Below are positions 49,521-62,400 of a stretch of 64,000 nucleotides of DNA, piece after piece. The DNA lies in the NCBI GenBank assembly GCA_032718475.1, contig JAUCBJ010007163.1, positions 39,084 to 103,083 on the forward strand, written 5' to 3'. The notes beneath the pieces were generated by a model. That model did not search any database and was not told the DNA's origin. It saw only the letters and a program-made list of their open reading frames with translations. A program made the position numbers and the translations under genes. The stretch is from Nemertoderma westbladi (lineage: Eukaryota > Animalia > Xenacoelomorpha). The number at the start of each line of letters is the position of its first letter. Within the stretch, counting starts at the first letter, position 1.

Positions 49521-49937
49521 CAGTATATAATACAGATAAGGGGGGGGGGGGGGGGGGGGACTGGACGCAATAAAAATTCATCCCTCTCCAGGGGAAATTC
49601 GACGCAAATAACAGCTGATAACTCTCTAAAATAAAACTGTAACCTGTTCTATTGTGTTTAGTTTATTGTTTTGGTTAAAATAACGTGCCACTGTAACCTG
49701 CTCCTTTCCAAAATTGAGAATTTTACATTGAGGCGGGATATTAATTCGCCAAGGCGGTTTTTGCGTCGAGTTTCCCCTGTCTCATATAATAACGCTAACC
49801 GAATACTCTATTTCGTCACCAACTCGCTTACTGAGGTCGTCTACAACGTCGCTGTCGAACCGACATAGATGTCGCTACAGACATTATCCGGCTAAACCTT
49901 CTCGCATCGTACAACGTCCACGGACCAGCAGGCGAGA

Positions 49938-50258
49938 CTGGATGTGTCGGCGAGCGGCTTCTGTGGTAACCGATTCCAGCGGCCGATCATTACTGGATGT
50001 GTCGGCGAGCGGCTTCTGTGGTAACCGATTCCAGCGGCCGATCATTACTGGATGTGTCGGCGAGCGGCTTCTGTGGTAACCGATTCCAGCGGCCGATCAT
50101 TACTGGATGTGTCGGCGAGCGGCTTCTGTGGTAACCGATTCCAGCGGCCGATCATTACTGGATGTGTCGGCGAGCGGCTTCTGTGGTAACCGATTCCAGC
50201 GGCCGATCATTACTGGATGTGTCGGCGAGCGGCTTCTGTGGTAACCGATTCCAGCGGC
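49938..50258. repeat. 55-bp tandem repeat (about 6 copies) expanded from the CRE endonuclease motif
   Basis: CTGGATGTGTCGGCGAGCGGCTTCTGTGGTAACCGATTCCAGCGGCCGATCATTA, with starts at 49938, 49993, 50048, 50103, 50158 and 50213. Confidence 0.93.
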
Positions 50259-50521
50259 CTAACATTGACGTATTCGTATTAAACCCGCTGGGCAGCAACA
50301 AAAGCCGCTATGATACTAGAAACGGCTCATCGCCATCACGAGAATCAGAAGATTCTGAAGTATATGATGAGAGAATCAGGGATGTTGAACACTCAACTTT
50401 TACCCCCCTGCTATTTTCAGCGTTTGGTGGGATGGTGCCAACAGCTCGACAGTTTTTCAAGTGACTCGTGTTTAACTGGCGGATAAGCGCGACGTTCGGT
50501 ATTCCGAGTGTGTGGCGTGGG

Positions 50522-52169
50522 TAGGGTTCAACAGAAGGCACTTTATGGGGCCGAACCGAACCGAACCGAAGCAAGGCCAACTTCGGGCCGAACCGAACCG
50601 AATCCGAACCGAAGTTCAGAAAGTTAGCAAGCTATTGTCATAAATTCGTATTTACGTCACTATCAGAATATACTGGCTGACTGGCAGTGGCAGACTGGTA
50701 CCTATATGGTCTGGGGACTTAGCGAGAAAGCTATGATTAATTAAAAAAATAAATACTACAAAATAAAATGGCAATATTTACATTACTGTACATTACTAAC
50801 CTAAACTACTGTATGCATGCACTTACTGTATGCACCACATTTTCACCCGTAGTAAGTAAGCCGTTTAGTAGTGACATCAAATGTAGCAAACCTCACTAAA
50901 AGTACAGGTAGTCTTTGTAATACTATTTATATGAGGTAGTAGCAGTAGTAGGTATATTTGGTATTATGTATCAAAGTTATGATTAATTAAAAAATAGGGT
51001 ACTACAAAGTAAAATGGCAATATTTAGCCTAACCTAAACTACTGTATAATTAAGCTAATTTTGAAACTACCCAAGTCTGCAAGTAGGCCTAACCTGCTGA
51101 CCTGGAAACAATTAAAAAAATAATGCCATTTAAATGGAAGTTCAGTCCAAAATTAAGGGTGTAAGTAAACGTTAAGCAGACAGTGGTGCAGATAGTGGTG
51201 CAGACACCTGGTGCGGCCAGTGGTGCAGACACTGGTGCAGACTGCAGACAGTGGTGCAGACAGTGGTGCTGGTGCAGACACTGGTGCAGACAGTGGTGCA
51301 GACACCTGGTGCGGACAGTGGTGCAGACACTGGTGGAGACAGTGGTGCAGACAGTGGTGCAGACAGTGGTGCGACAGTGGTGCAGACACTGGTGCAGACA
51401 GTCTTGCAGACACTGGTGCAGTCAGTGGTGCAGACACTGGTCCAGACAGTGGTGCAGACACCTGGTGAAAATACTGAAATACCAGAGTACCACAAAACAC
51501 AATACCACCAGGCACTATTATATTATACACCAGTCTGCAAAAGGTGCCTGCACCACTGTCTGCTCCACTGCCTGCACCAGTGCCTGCACCACTGTCTGCA
51601 CCAGTGTCTGCACCAGTGTCTGCACCACTGTCTGCACCACTGTCTGCACCACTGTCTGCACCACTGTCTGCACCACTGTCTGCACCCGGGTCTGCACCAC
51701 TGTCTGCACCACTGCCACTGCCTGGGCCTGCACCACTGTCTGCACCAGTGTCTGCACCACTGTCTGCACCAGGTGTCTGCACCAGTGTCTGCACCACTCA
51801 GCCACTGTCTGCACCAGTGTCTGCACCACTGTTGCACCACTGTCTGCACCAGTGTGTGCACCACTGTCTGCACCAGGCAGCCAGGTGTCTGCACCACTGT
51901 CTGCATGCATCACTGTCTGCACCACTGTCTGCTCTGCACCAGTAGTGTCTGCTTAACGTTTACACTCCAAAATTAATTAGTACAACGATGGACAGATTGA
52001 TTAGTCTTACTGTCTTCTGGTCTTAGCTCAATCAGTCAATGTAATACTTGGAATATTTAGCAAAGTTTGCTCCGGGCTTCTGCAGTATCAATTGCAGAAG
52101 CCGAACCGAACCGAAATTGCCAAACTTCGGCCCGAACCGAACCGAAGCCGAAGCTTCTGTTGAGCCCTA
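50522..52169. mobile_element. Non-autonomous hAT element
   Basis: TIRs TAGGGTTCAACAGAAG / CTTCTGTTGAGCCCTA, 8-bp TSD GGCGTGGG (50514-50521, 52170-52177), subterminal (AACCG)n repeats. Confidence 0.9.
51157..51967. mobile_element. Foldback (Mutator-like) element with long modular inverted arms of 12-bp repeats
   Basis: Ends GGGTGTAAGTAAACGTTAAGCAGAC / GTCTGCTTAACGTTTACACTC, 9-bp TSD CAAAATTAA (51148-51156, 51968-51976). Arms of (GTGGTGCAGACA)n and its reverse complement flank a spacer of about 70 bp. Confidence 0.88.
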
Positions 52170-52298
52170 GGCGTGGGTACGGCGAAAAGTTAACTTCGCG
52201 CTGTTGCGCTCATCGCTGCTGTGCCTTTGGGGTAGCCGATCTTCCTCGAAACGCCCAGTACAGTGTTCTGGCCGTCGTATCCATCCGTATGGCAAACG

Positions 52299-52663
52299 GT
52301 TAACAGTAGGCTTAGGTTTCTATACAGAAATAAAAATAGTTTAAACACCGACTCCCGCAAGTTACTTTGCTCTTCTTTAATACAGTGTCACATGGACTAT
52401 GCGTGCTCTTCTTGGTATGAAGGCTTAACCAAACAGCTTAAATGTAAATTACAAGTAGCTCAGAATAAAGTAGTACGATTTATTAAAGACTACAAACCTA
52501 GGTACCACCTAACTCCAGACTGCCAGATGACTTTACTGAATCTGGACTACTTAACTTAGATTGCAGAGTTAAGCAGCTACGCCTTAACCATGTGCACAAA
52601 GTATGGTAAGTGTCCCAATTACCTAAAACAAAAATTCAACAGAGTGCGCGATGGCGATACACA
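52299..52663 (+). mobile_element. Internal fragment of the same CR1-group LINE family
   Basis: Matches about 17846-18200 ([22 protein letters not shown]...) with small indels. Confidence 0.9.
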
Positions 52664-53367
52664 TTATGGATTATTCGGATATAGGCCTATACTATGGTTT
52701 GTTGCCCGGGTAATGTGTACACAAAAAGCAAGAATAAATGATAAACTTCAAAGTTGTTCAATTCTAATTAGCCTATAGGATTACAGAGATTGCGAGAAAC
52801 ATAAATTCGTGAAATTGAAATTCAAAATAGCCCGAAGCAGTAATCATTGATTAATGCAACCAGTAACAAAACTATTGTATACCGGTAACCTTTACTTTCA
52901 GTTTGCACTGCCAGTACGGTAACGGAGCAGTATTGCACCGCTTTCCGGTACACCTTCCTTGTTTAGATAAACGGATTGATGCAGAGAATTCCCGTTAATT
53001 GAGGACTAATTTACTGTACCGGTAGTAGAGTAGCCAAGCCATAATCTTAGCCATAATCCATCAGCAGTAACCTTCTGATTCCATAAACAATTCATTAATA
53101 AGGTTTTACTATAATTCAGACGTTTATTCTTACAGCTTGTACATGAACACTATTATTTATTTAAGTTATACAGTACTGTTACCGTTAGGCCTACCATTGC
53201 AGCTACCCTTACGGTTACGGCCGTCATATTTTTTCAAAGGATATACCGGCAGACCGGTATACAGTAACAAGGTAGTTTATTAAGCCAGGTTCACAAATTC
53301 AATTCCGGTGACTGCAACAGCGCTGTGGTTTAATAAATAATTATTATTCCAGTCTCCAGTGTAGTTA

Positions 53368-53544
53368 ATGAGTTACGCAATGTATAATATGTTGTGGTTT
53401 ATAATCATATTGGCTGTATCGATGATAAGTGTTGATGCTTTGGAGTGTTTTTCTGGAGCCGAGGGGCCTAAGGCTGATGCTAAAGCTATGAACAACAGCG
53501 ACTTCGAAGCGGAATTTACAACAAAGCGGGGTTGCAGATCATGC
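53368..53544 (+). CDS. Putative first coding exon of a second small secreted Cys-rich (Ly6/three-finger-like) protein
   Basis: MLWFIIILAVSMISVDA-LECFS...RGCRSC. Upstream acceptor TTATTATTCCAG and possible donor GTTAGT after 53544. Resembles the exon at 29193-29354. Confidence 0.5.
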
Positions 53545-53874
53545 GTTAGTAACATTATTTTTGTTATTATTTATTTTTATTATTTATTATTGTTATTATG
53601 TATGATAGTATTTTCTGAAAGTTTTTACAAGAATACGATTACCAATACACGTGTAATTGATTTGAATAATTATTACCTACTGTATACTGTAATCCTTTGT
53701 TTTGGTTCTGCAGTGGTATAACTCCTCCTTTGATTGGCAGATTTACCTTTGCAGAGCTGCTTATTAGATAAAAAACAAGTTTTAATAAAATAAATGGATT
53801 CCAGTGGATGCTGAAAGCACATACGGACCAAAACCAAACATTTTTCTACAAATTAATATTTATCATATTAGAAT

Positions 53875-54220
53875 TGAAGGAATTTTACAAGTGTTTTACA
53901 AGGATCCCAAATATGTAACAATATTAACCGTAGGGCCCCTACGCTAAAGGGAATTTTAGCTCCATCCAGTTTAACATCAAAGCAGAAGAACCAGACAAAT
54001 ACAACACATGCTGGATCTAAAAAATGTACAAGACAGAAATGTATACCATGTGAAGCGATAAAACCAACAAAACAATTCGGATTAACCTCGACCCGTTTGA
54101 AAACTAAATATGAAATTAAACAGCGCCTTACCTGTGATGACAAAGATATAATATATTTAGCAAAATGTAAAATATGTAACTTACAAGGAATCGGATCAAC
54201 AGAAACATTTAAACCGAGAG
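53875..54220 (+). pseudogene. Penelope-like element fragment (linker Cys motif and start of the GIY-YIG endonuclease)
   Basis: RRAPTLKGILAPS...CTRQKCIPC...IKQRLTCDDKDIIYLAKCKICNLQGIGST. Confidence 0.78.
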
Positions 54221-55715
54221 AAAGCCGCCCCAATATTAGATTATTACAACAACATATCCATTGGGTAAGAAAGTGGAGGAGAGCCAGCCCGTCTCTTAAT
54301 TTTTTACTTTATATTACGCGATCAATTTTCACTCATCTCGTCATGAACCCAACATGTATGTAACCTTTTGTTAAATTTGTTGGCTATGCGTTTGCGGTTG
54401 TTTGGGCGGAGTGTGGTAGGCCTACACTTTTCACACTTAAATATTTTGGTTGTGAAATGTTACAGGGCATAGCGATCTGAGATATTTCATTTATATTTTA
54501 TTATGAGAGGAAGAAGAACATACAACGTTATTTACTATGTAACAAAATAATTGTTTTCGGGTTTAACTTGGAAGCCTCCCCAAATAGTTGATATACAATT
54601 ATATTTAAAATTATTTCCATGGTCATGGTCATTCACCCGTCTTTAGTTAGAAATTTGTTTGCATGAAAGACAGTTTAGTTTAGTTTTTACTGATTTATTA
54701 TCTCTTATCTGACTGGGGTAATAATAAAGGATAGGATAAATGGAAGCAAAGTGTGACAGTAACAAATATTTCCCCGTCACCCTAGCATGTCTTAAGTATA
54801 TGATATATCAAAGGGGGAAGTTTGGATTCACTGCATAAATGCAGTTCACCAAACTTCCCCCGAATGCACACTGTAACTTCCCCCTTCCCCCAAATATCCA
54901 CTGTTGAATTAATTTGAAGCGATATAATAAGTACAAAATTGTGCGAGTTTTAATTGTGTGGTCCAATTGTTATTTGATTTCTATTTATTATTTAAAGTGC
55001 ATTTAATATCACACTGGTTTTTAGAATATTATACTATACAACCTTATGTTTTATTAATTTACCCAATCGAAGCCTCATAAGGGCCGGTTATTTGTACGCA
55101 TATCCCCTAATGCGCTCAGTAAGGTTCAAACAACATATTAATATGAAAATAAAGTATCTGCAAAGAAAATAACCCAATACTATATAATTTGACCTTATTA
55201 AAAAATTTGCACTTTTGCACACATATTTGTACAAATGCACTTTAGCAGATCGTAATGGTGGCTCTTATTTAACAAACTTATGTTTATCCTCTACCGATCT
55301 ACGATGGTGTATGATCAAGTGTCAGTCGCTAAAAGTGTCAAAAATCCAATTTAATAAATCTGGATTTGCGATTATGGACCATATTCATGGACATTTTAAG
55401 TCACTTTATAGACATAAAAAGTTAAACAAATGTTACGATTATAGTTAGAAATCATTCCAAACTACATTTTAATCCAAAAAATAACATTCTACGATGAATA
55501 GAACTGGAAATAATAGTGTTTGAATTATCGAAAAAATGTTCACTATTTAAGTGCATTTTGCACTAAGTGCACATAAGTCTTTTCCCAAGTTTTATCCTAT
55601 TTCACACACTACAATCTATCCTCTATCCAATGAAAAAAGTTTCAGATTAAACGGCCCAGTAGAACCGAAGTTATTGATGTTTTAAAATAGTCACTCGAAA
55701 ATTTCAAATTCTCTT

Positions 55716-55789
55716 GGTCACATAGTCTAGTGGTTATCAATCACGTTAATGAAACCTAAGTTCGCGGGTTCGAAATCCAATATTGACCT
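55716..55789 (+). other. Degenerate tRNA-like sequence (pseudo-tRNA or SINE head)
   Basis: A-box-like TAGTCTAGTGG, B-box-like GGTTCGAAATCC, GGTCA/TGACC ends. Anticodon arm is not well formed. Confidence 0.4.
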
Positions 55790-57240
55790 GACCATTCTTA
55801 ATTTTTTTGCAAAAAAAATTATTTTTATTTTTTCACTAAAATCGCTCTAACTTCGGTTCTGGTGGTCCAAATTCAATAAAATTGGTATATTCTTTGCCGT
55901 AATTTTTTTCTTAATCTTTTGAGAAGGGGTTATTTTTGGCCCCAAAAAAAATTAAAAAAAGGGCCAAAATAACGCGATATTTTTCGACCCTTAAAATTCG
56001 TAATTTTAATTATATATGTTAAGATAAAAGATAGCGGAGTTAATTTGATACTTTTTACAGGTACTTTTGGCGCAATACGCTAAATTATAATGGAATAGCG
56101 ATTTGTTAAAAAAAAAAATTTTTCGTCCCTTTTTATAAATATTATATTTCACACGATCGCCTGCCGCTCCAGTTTTATAATACCTCCGGCGCTGTGATTA
56201 ACGCTGTTAGATAGATAATTTAACGCACTATAAGTCTGTGTAAACAAATCTCCCGTAAGTTAAGTAGTTTTCGAGCTAGACGATTTCCCGCGAAGCAAGT
56301 TTGAAGCGCGAAATTATAATTTTGGCCCTCATTTTTTTAATATCATCCTTGGAGCAAAACCGATAGCATATTTGAATTCCCCGTATGGATATTGACTGTA
56401 TAGAATGTACCTTAACCAACTAAAGTTAAAAATAAAAAATTATTCGATAAAAACTACTTTACAAATTCTGGCCCTTTTTGGCCCCTATTGCCGACATATT
56501 TTTTGTACCCCCATTCGATAGGAACGTAGCCCCAATGGTCTTCTACGAGTTTCATAAAAGAATTAGTGGATTCCTACCCGCGTTGTCGAATTAAACATTT
56601 CGGAAATAACTGTTCCAAAAAAGACGGACAAAAACGTACAAATTTACAGCCCCTTTTTCCACCCGAAATTTTAATAAATATCTTACCCCCATTCGATACG
56701 AAGGTAGTACCACTCTTCCCCTTTCCAACCGCGTTACTTTCGTCCCCGTACGATTAATATTAGCCGAGTTATAGCGGATCCCGCAAAGTCATTTTGTCCG
56801 TTTTTTCAACTTTGACGGACATTTTCGGAAAAAAGGCGTGGTAATCTTTTTTGAAAAAAAAAACGAATTCACTAATTAATCCCTTCTATCGTATCCCGGC
56901 GTCGGCTAAGCAATAACCTAGGGTTTTTTCGAGCCACTGTAGAGCGCCTTTCAAAAAAATTTTAAAATTGTCGAAAAAATGACGGTTTTTTGTCCGCCTT
57001 GTCCGTCGAAGTGTTAGATTTAATAATGTTAGAGTTGCTAATATCTTAGAATTCCGAGCCGCTCCCCTGGTGAGAAAATAAAAAAATTTGGTCAGTTCCT
57101 TCATCGAAAAGTCCCCCAGAATCCCAAGTTAACCTATATAGTTAGCGATGGCCTGCGGCTTTAGGAGCGGCCGCGGTATTCACCTCCCTCATAGCGGCCG
57201 CGGCGGTGTTGCGTCAAATGGAGAAATATTTATCCCACCA

Positions 57241-58491
57241 AGTGATGTGGTTGGAGAAACCTGCTAGGGGCTGCTACTAAGCAGCAACCAATCACGTTAA
57301 TCCTGTTTAACACAGAGTCAATGAGAATGGAATATTGCTAACATGAAAAAGTTCATGTTGACATTATTCCAAAGTAATCAGATATTACAGCAAATTAAGC
57401 TGCTACCTGCTAGTGTTAGTCAGTTAGTAGTCGAGTAAGCCATATAATATTATATCAGAATGGTCTGATGGTGGCATAATATATGCACAGATGCAAGAAA
57501 AAAAAACGTATAAGTGGATTAGTTTAATTACAATGATGTAAACTGTAAATGAAATATTTATAGTTAAGTCCGGTTTAGTAATAAACATACTGTACTTATA
57601 CAATATCTCATTGCCACGTAGTAATATGCAATGTGGTCAAAAAATGCAGGTCTCACATATCAGTTCATCACCCCGAATCTCGTGTTGCGTTTTATTCACA
57701 CAACTTTTATGATACCAACCACTTCGTGCAAACGGGGTGTAAATGCTACGCCGTAACGCCGACAGCCAACGCCGACAACCATTATTAAAGCTAATTAATG
57801 TTATTTATTAATTGAGGGAAAGGAACAGGTTACAGTGGAAGGTTCGTCTAACCAAAACAATAAACGAGAGTTACGAACTCAGGTTACATTTTCATATTTG
57901 CTGTTGTCGGCAGTGGTTGCCGGTTGTCGGCGTAGTGTTTACACCCGTGCAAACGCTACATCCTATCCATTCAATTGGTCCAAGGACTGTCTGTAGCATT
58001 CCCGAAACGCGAGTAGCAAAAAGAACAATGCTGGCAGGCTGGACAGCGTGGAAATGGTTTAGTATCGCTGTTGGTTCTCCTTTTATCAATTTTTTGTTTG
58101 TGTCTCGATAACACAGAGGTTGTTGTGTACTTATTATCGCATAAATTACATTCCACTACTTTTTTAATCGTCTCTTTACTCTAGATTACAGTAATTACTG
58201 TTGCTTCAATTCTTAATAATTTGCTTTGCTGTACCTACTGTTCTTCTGTCTGACGCCTGAATGCTTTCGGTATAACTTGTATAATGAAACAGACAAGGCC
58301 AGTCTCAAGGGTAGGTGTAGGGCCTAATAGAATAGTGAATACAGATACTGAGATATGGAATAATGTTAACCTGAACTTTTTCATGTTAGCAATATTCCAT
58401 TCTCATTGACTCAGTGTTAAACAGGATTAACGCGATTGGTTGCTGCTTAGTACAGACTGACAGTAGTAGCAGCTTTCTCCAGCCACATACT
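57241..58491. mobile_element. Non-autonomous DNA transposon with TIRs of about 115 bp (superfamily unclear), carrying a C2H2-like zinc-finger remnant
   Basis: 57241-57356 is an inverted repeat of about 58372-58491. Possible 3-bp TSD CCA. Minus ORF 57971-58156 has CNLCDNKYTTTSVLSRHK. Confidence 0.75.
57735..57946. mobile_element. 212-bp Mutator-like MITE
   Basis: TIRs GGGTGTAAATGCTACGCCG / CGGCGTAGTGTTTACACCC, 9-bp TSD GTGCAAACG (57726-57734, 57947-57955). Confidence 0.85.
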
Positions 58492-58494
58492 CCA

Positions 58495-58926
58495 TACTCA
58501 ACGAATAGTGGTTGGTAATTGTTTTTCTGAAATTTGCAAGGTTACTTCAGGCACTCCCCAAGGTAGTGTTCTGGGACCTGTCCTGTTTCTGATTTTTATA
58601 AATGACCTTCGGGTGCTATTAGACTCTGTTACAGTTAAACTATTCGCTGATGACGTTAAACTATATTCTCCTGTTGTCGCTAATTGCAGTAATGCTAATC
58701 TTATTTCACAATCGCTTAACACGTTAGGTAACTGGGCTATCAGTTGGCAGTTAGGAGTGGCTGCCCATAAGTGCTCAGTTATACACATTGGTATTACAAA
58801 TCCTTTGTTAACTTATTCACTCAATGACAAGCCGATTAAATCAGTTTCTCATTGTAAAGATTTAGGTATTACTGTGTGCGACAACCTTAAGTTCGATAAA
58901 TATTGTCGTGAACAAGTAGCTAAGGC
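58495..58926 (+). pseudogene. CR1 RT fragment, cut on the right by the tail of the next LINE
   Basis: VTSGTPQGSVLGPVLFLIFINDL...LFADDVKLY...KDLGI. Confidence 0.88.
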
Positions 58927-58957
<31 letters not shown>

Positions 58958-59403
58958 GGATTTACACATAGTGTAGGGGTCGCCCCCTGAAATAAAAAAC
59001 GTAATTCATGGAGACTAACAAAAATATACAATTTAGACTGAGTAGCACTATTAAAATAAAGTCAATCCAGTATTCGTTATCCGAGAAAATTAAAATATAT
59101 TTATGTTTAATCATGTTTGTTCATATGTTGTGCAATGTACGTACTGAAAGTGATAAATAAAAAATATATGTATACAGCAAGTGATAAAAATATATATACA
59201 GCAAGTGATAAAAATATATATACAGCAAGTGATAAAAATATATATACAGCAAGTGATAAAAATATATATACAGCAACAGCAGGTATATATACAGCAAGTG
59301 ATAAAATTATAAATACAGCAACAGAGCAAGTGATGAAAATATATATACATCAACAGAAGGTACAGCAGGTGATAAAAATATAATATTTTAGCAAGTAATA
59401 AAA

Positions 59404-62400
59404 TCAAGTGAGTAAGTTGTTAAGGTTCAATATTCGGAGGTTGCAGTTCATCTGTGTACAGTCACAGTTAATTTTCCAACTGCAAGTGATGTCAACATCG
59501 TAATGTTGGTGAAAGTGGGCCCAGAACAGATTCAATAGGCGCGCCTTTAAACCAACGTGATTAAAATACTCTGTCTGAAGGGGAAGCTGATTTGCCAATT
59601 GTGGTGCGCGAAACCAGAAATTTTGCTTTGATATGCACTTTAGGGGGTGTGTGAGATCAAACGAGGGTCGGTTAGCGCTACGAGTGTTTCTTCTGAGGTT
59701 TGTTTGCTTCATCTTTAGATGTGGCGACCAGTCAATGTCGTATTTATTATTTATTATCTTTGACAAGGTTAGTTGGTCGGATAATTGTAAGTATAATGAG
59801 ATCGGTAGAATGTTTAGTATTATGAGTCTCTCCTTGTAGGTGTGATCGTCATTACCAATAATCCAGATTGTTGCTCTGCGCTGGATGGACTCGAGTTTGT
59901 GTGCGTCCGTCTTGTTGGCAAACCAACAAGGCGATCCATAGGTTAAGATTGGCAATACCATGGATTTATAGAGGTTTAGCTTGGATTGTACTGGTAGGCG
60001 AAAAGAACTGCTTCTTCGGATCAGGTATAATGTTCTATTTGCTTTACTGCATTTGTCCTTAATGTGGGCGGTCCATGATAAATTTGATGTTATGGTTATT
60101 CCTAAATCCTTCTCTGTATCGACTCGAGATATAGTCCTTGAGTACAATGACCGAGCTTCTATGTCGCCTTTGAAGACTATTTGCTTGCATTTCGGTTCAT
60201 TAAAATCTAGTCCAGCCTCGAGACCCCATGTCACAAGTCGGTCAATATCTAATTGTGTGTTGATGATGGAATCGACATGTGATACTGATAATAATTTGCA
60301 ATCGTCTGCGAGGAGAAATGGTATGCTGACATGACAAACTTCTGGGAGATCATTGCTCTCAACAACAAAGAATAGTGGTCCCAATAGGGACCCCTGAGCC
60401 ATGCCACTGTCGACAGATCGGGGAGTTGACTTCGCGTTTCCGACTTTTACTGACTGTGTTCTTCCTGCTAGGTAGCTCCGGAGGATATACCAGAGATTTC
60501 CGCGGACCCCCATTATCCATAATTTTCGCAGAACGGATTCGTGGCTGACAGAGTCGAACGCTTTCTGGAAATCTAAGTATATTACTTCTACTGTCAATTG
60601 GCCATTATCCGTACCCTTGTAGACATTGTCTAGAAATGTAAGTAATTGTGTGATCGTTGATCTTGACTTCCTAAATCCATGTTGTGCGTCGTGTAACCTA
60701 CTACGTACTTGTTCGTAGATGGGGATAAAGATGCAACGCTCAAATACTTTTCCAGGAATCGCTAAGAGAGATATTGGCCGGTATAAGATTACCTTGATTC
60801 TACTACCTTTTTTATGTTGAGGATTTATTAGTGCATGCTTCCATGCTACGGGGAAGTGGTTTTTTTTTTTCAGCCTCCCGAATAGGAATGACATTGAGGG
60901 TGCTAGTACTTTTGCGAGGGATTTAAATAATGAAGGTGGAATATTGTCTGGTCCACGAGATTTCGTAGCATCTAAAGACGTAAGTATATTCTCCACTGTG
61001 TCAACTGACACGTCGTAGTCGTGTGTCGTGTTCAAGCTTTCAGAGTTTGTGTCGTTAAGTGGTGGTTGTATATCGCTAGTAGGTATTCGCGGGGATTTAA
61101 AAACGGAATGGAAGAACTCGTTAAATAGATTAGCCTGATCCTCATGAGTGGACGCCGTACGATTCTCGTATTGTACTACTGGTGGCAGTGAACAAGACCT
61201 CCGTAGGCTTTTGAAATATTTGAAGAGATGTTTCATTGAACGGGTGTCCGCTAGCTGCATCTCGTACTTTGTTTGGTCAGCTAAAATATCATTTTCAACT
61301 TCTTCCTGTAACCTTTCCATCTTAACCTGAAGGTTTAATGTTGGCGATATCTTTGAAGCAATTTTACGCTGGAGAGTGTGTAATTTATTTAACTTATGTG
61401 AGGTTTTTTGTGTCACCCATGGTGGTTGCGAGGCACGATGCACTGTTCGTTTAGGAACACAGTTGTCGATAACATTATTCAGCCATTGATACCATTTATT
61501 AACTAGATCCTCACAATCGGTCATATTGTACGATTTTTCGTCAAATGGCCGAGATTTACAAATCTGGGTTGCCTTCAGTGTATCTATTTTACAAAAACTA
61601 TAATGCAACAAGGGATTGGACTGGATCGTCTGCCGTGTTTGCTTTGCAGCATTACATTGTGAGTTTAAAATAACCAGGACAGGGTCGTGGTCTGACTTGA
61701 TTTCAACTGCCTGTAATTGTCTAGATAGGTTGTAGTCAATCTCAATGTTGAGAATTGTATTGTCTGTTAATGATATGAAAACGTCAAGCGTATTAGCTCC
61801 CCGTGTAGGAAAATTTATGTGTTGTTTAAAGTTGTGTTTGTCAATAGCGTATAAAATGTCCTTCTCGTAGTTATCTGTAGAAAAGTGAGACTCCCAATCT
61901 ACAGAAGGCAGATTAATATCCCCACATATGATCACGTCGTCAACGTGATCCTTAAATGTTATTATGTAGTCTAGTAATTTGTAAAAATCAGCAACTTCTA
62001 AGCGGTATGGGCTTTTGTCAGGTGGGTTGTATATACATACAAGTAAATATGTTAAACCGTTAATATTGCACAAACAGGCAGTAACTGAACTTGATAATCT
62101 ATCAGAAGCACCATTAATATATTCTGGCGTGTAATTAATTCCATTTTGTAGAGCAATAAGGACACCTCCATGTGTTGAGATACAATCAAATTTTGAGCTA
62201 CGCTCCGTACGTATTAAGTTGTAACCAGTGAGGAATAATTCGCTATCGAGTATCTCAGGAGTAAGCCAAGTTTCAGTTATGCATATTATATTGTAGTCTC
62301 GGATCAGAATTGAATTTGCCAGTTTGCATCGCCTGTGTAGATTTAGAAGGCTACGAGCGTTGTATAACAACAGAGTTGGGATGGCAGTGGTTGAATTAGA

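Larger units (their letters stand above)
49780..52250 (+). pseudogene. Decayed C-terminal restriction-like endonuclease fragment of a CRE-clade non-LTR element, interrupted by a hAT MITE
   Basis: LTEVVYNVAVEP...ARLDVSASGFCG...YDERIRDVEHSTFTPLLFSAFGGM...FFK, resuming after 52170 as WVRRKVNFALLRSSLLCLWGSR. Confidence 0.75.

Noticed and set aside
51153-51976. His/Cys-rich and other repetitive ORFs
   Set aside because: Translations of the 12-bp foldback repeats in several frames.
55716-55789. Functional tRNA gene
   Set aside because: The anticodon and T arms pair poorly, so it is kept only as a tRNA-like relic.
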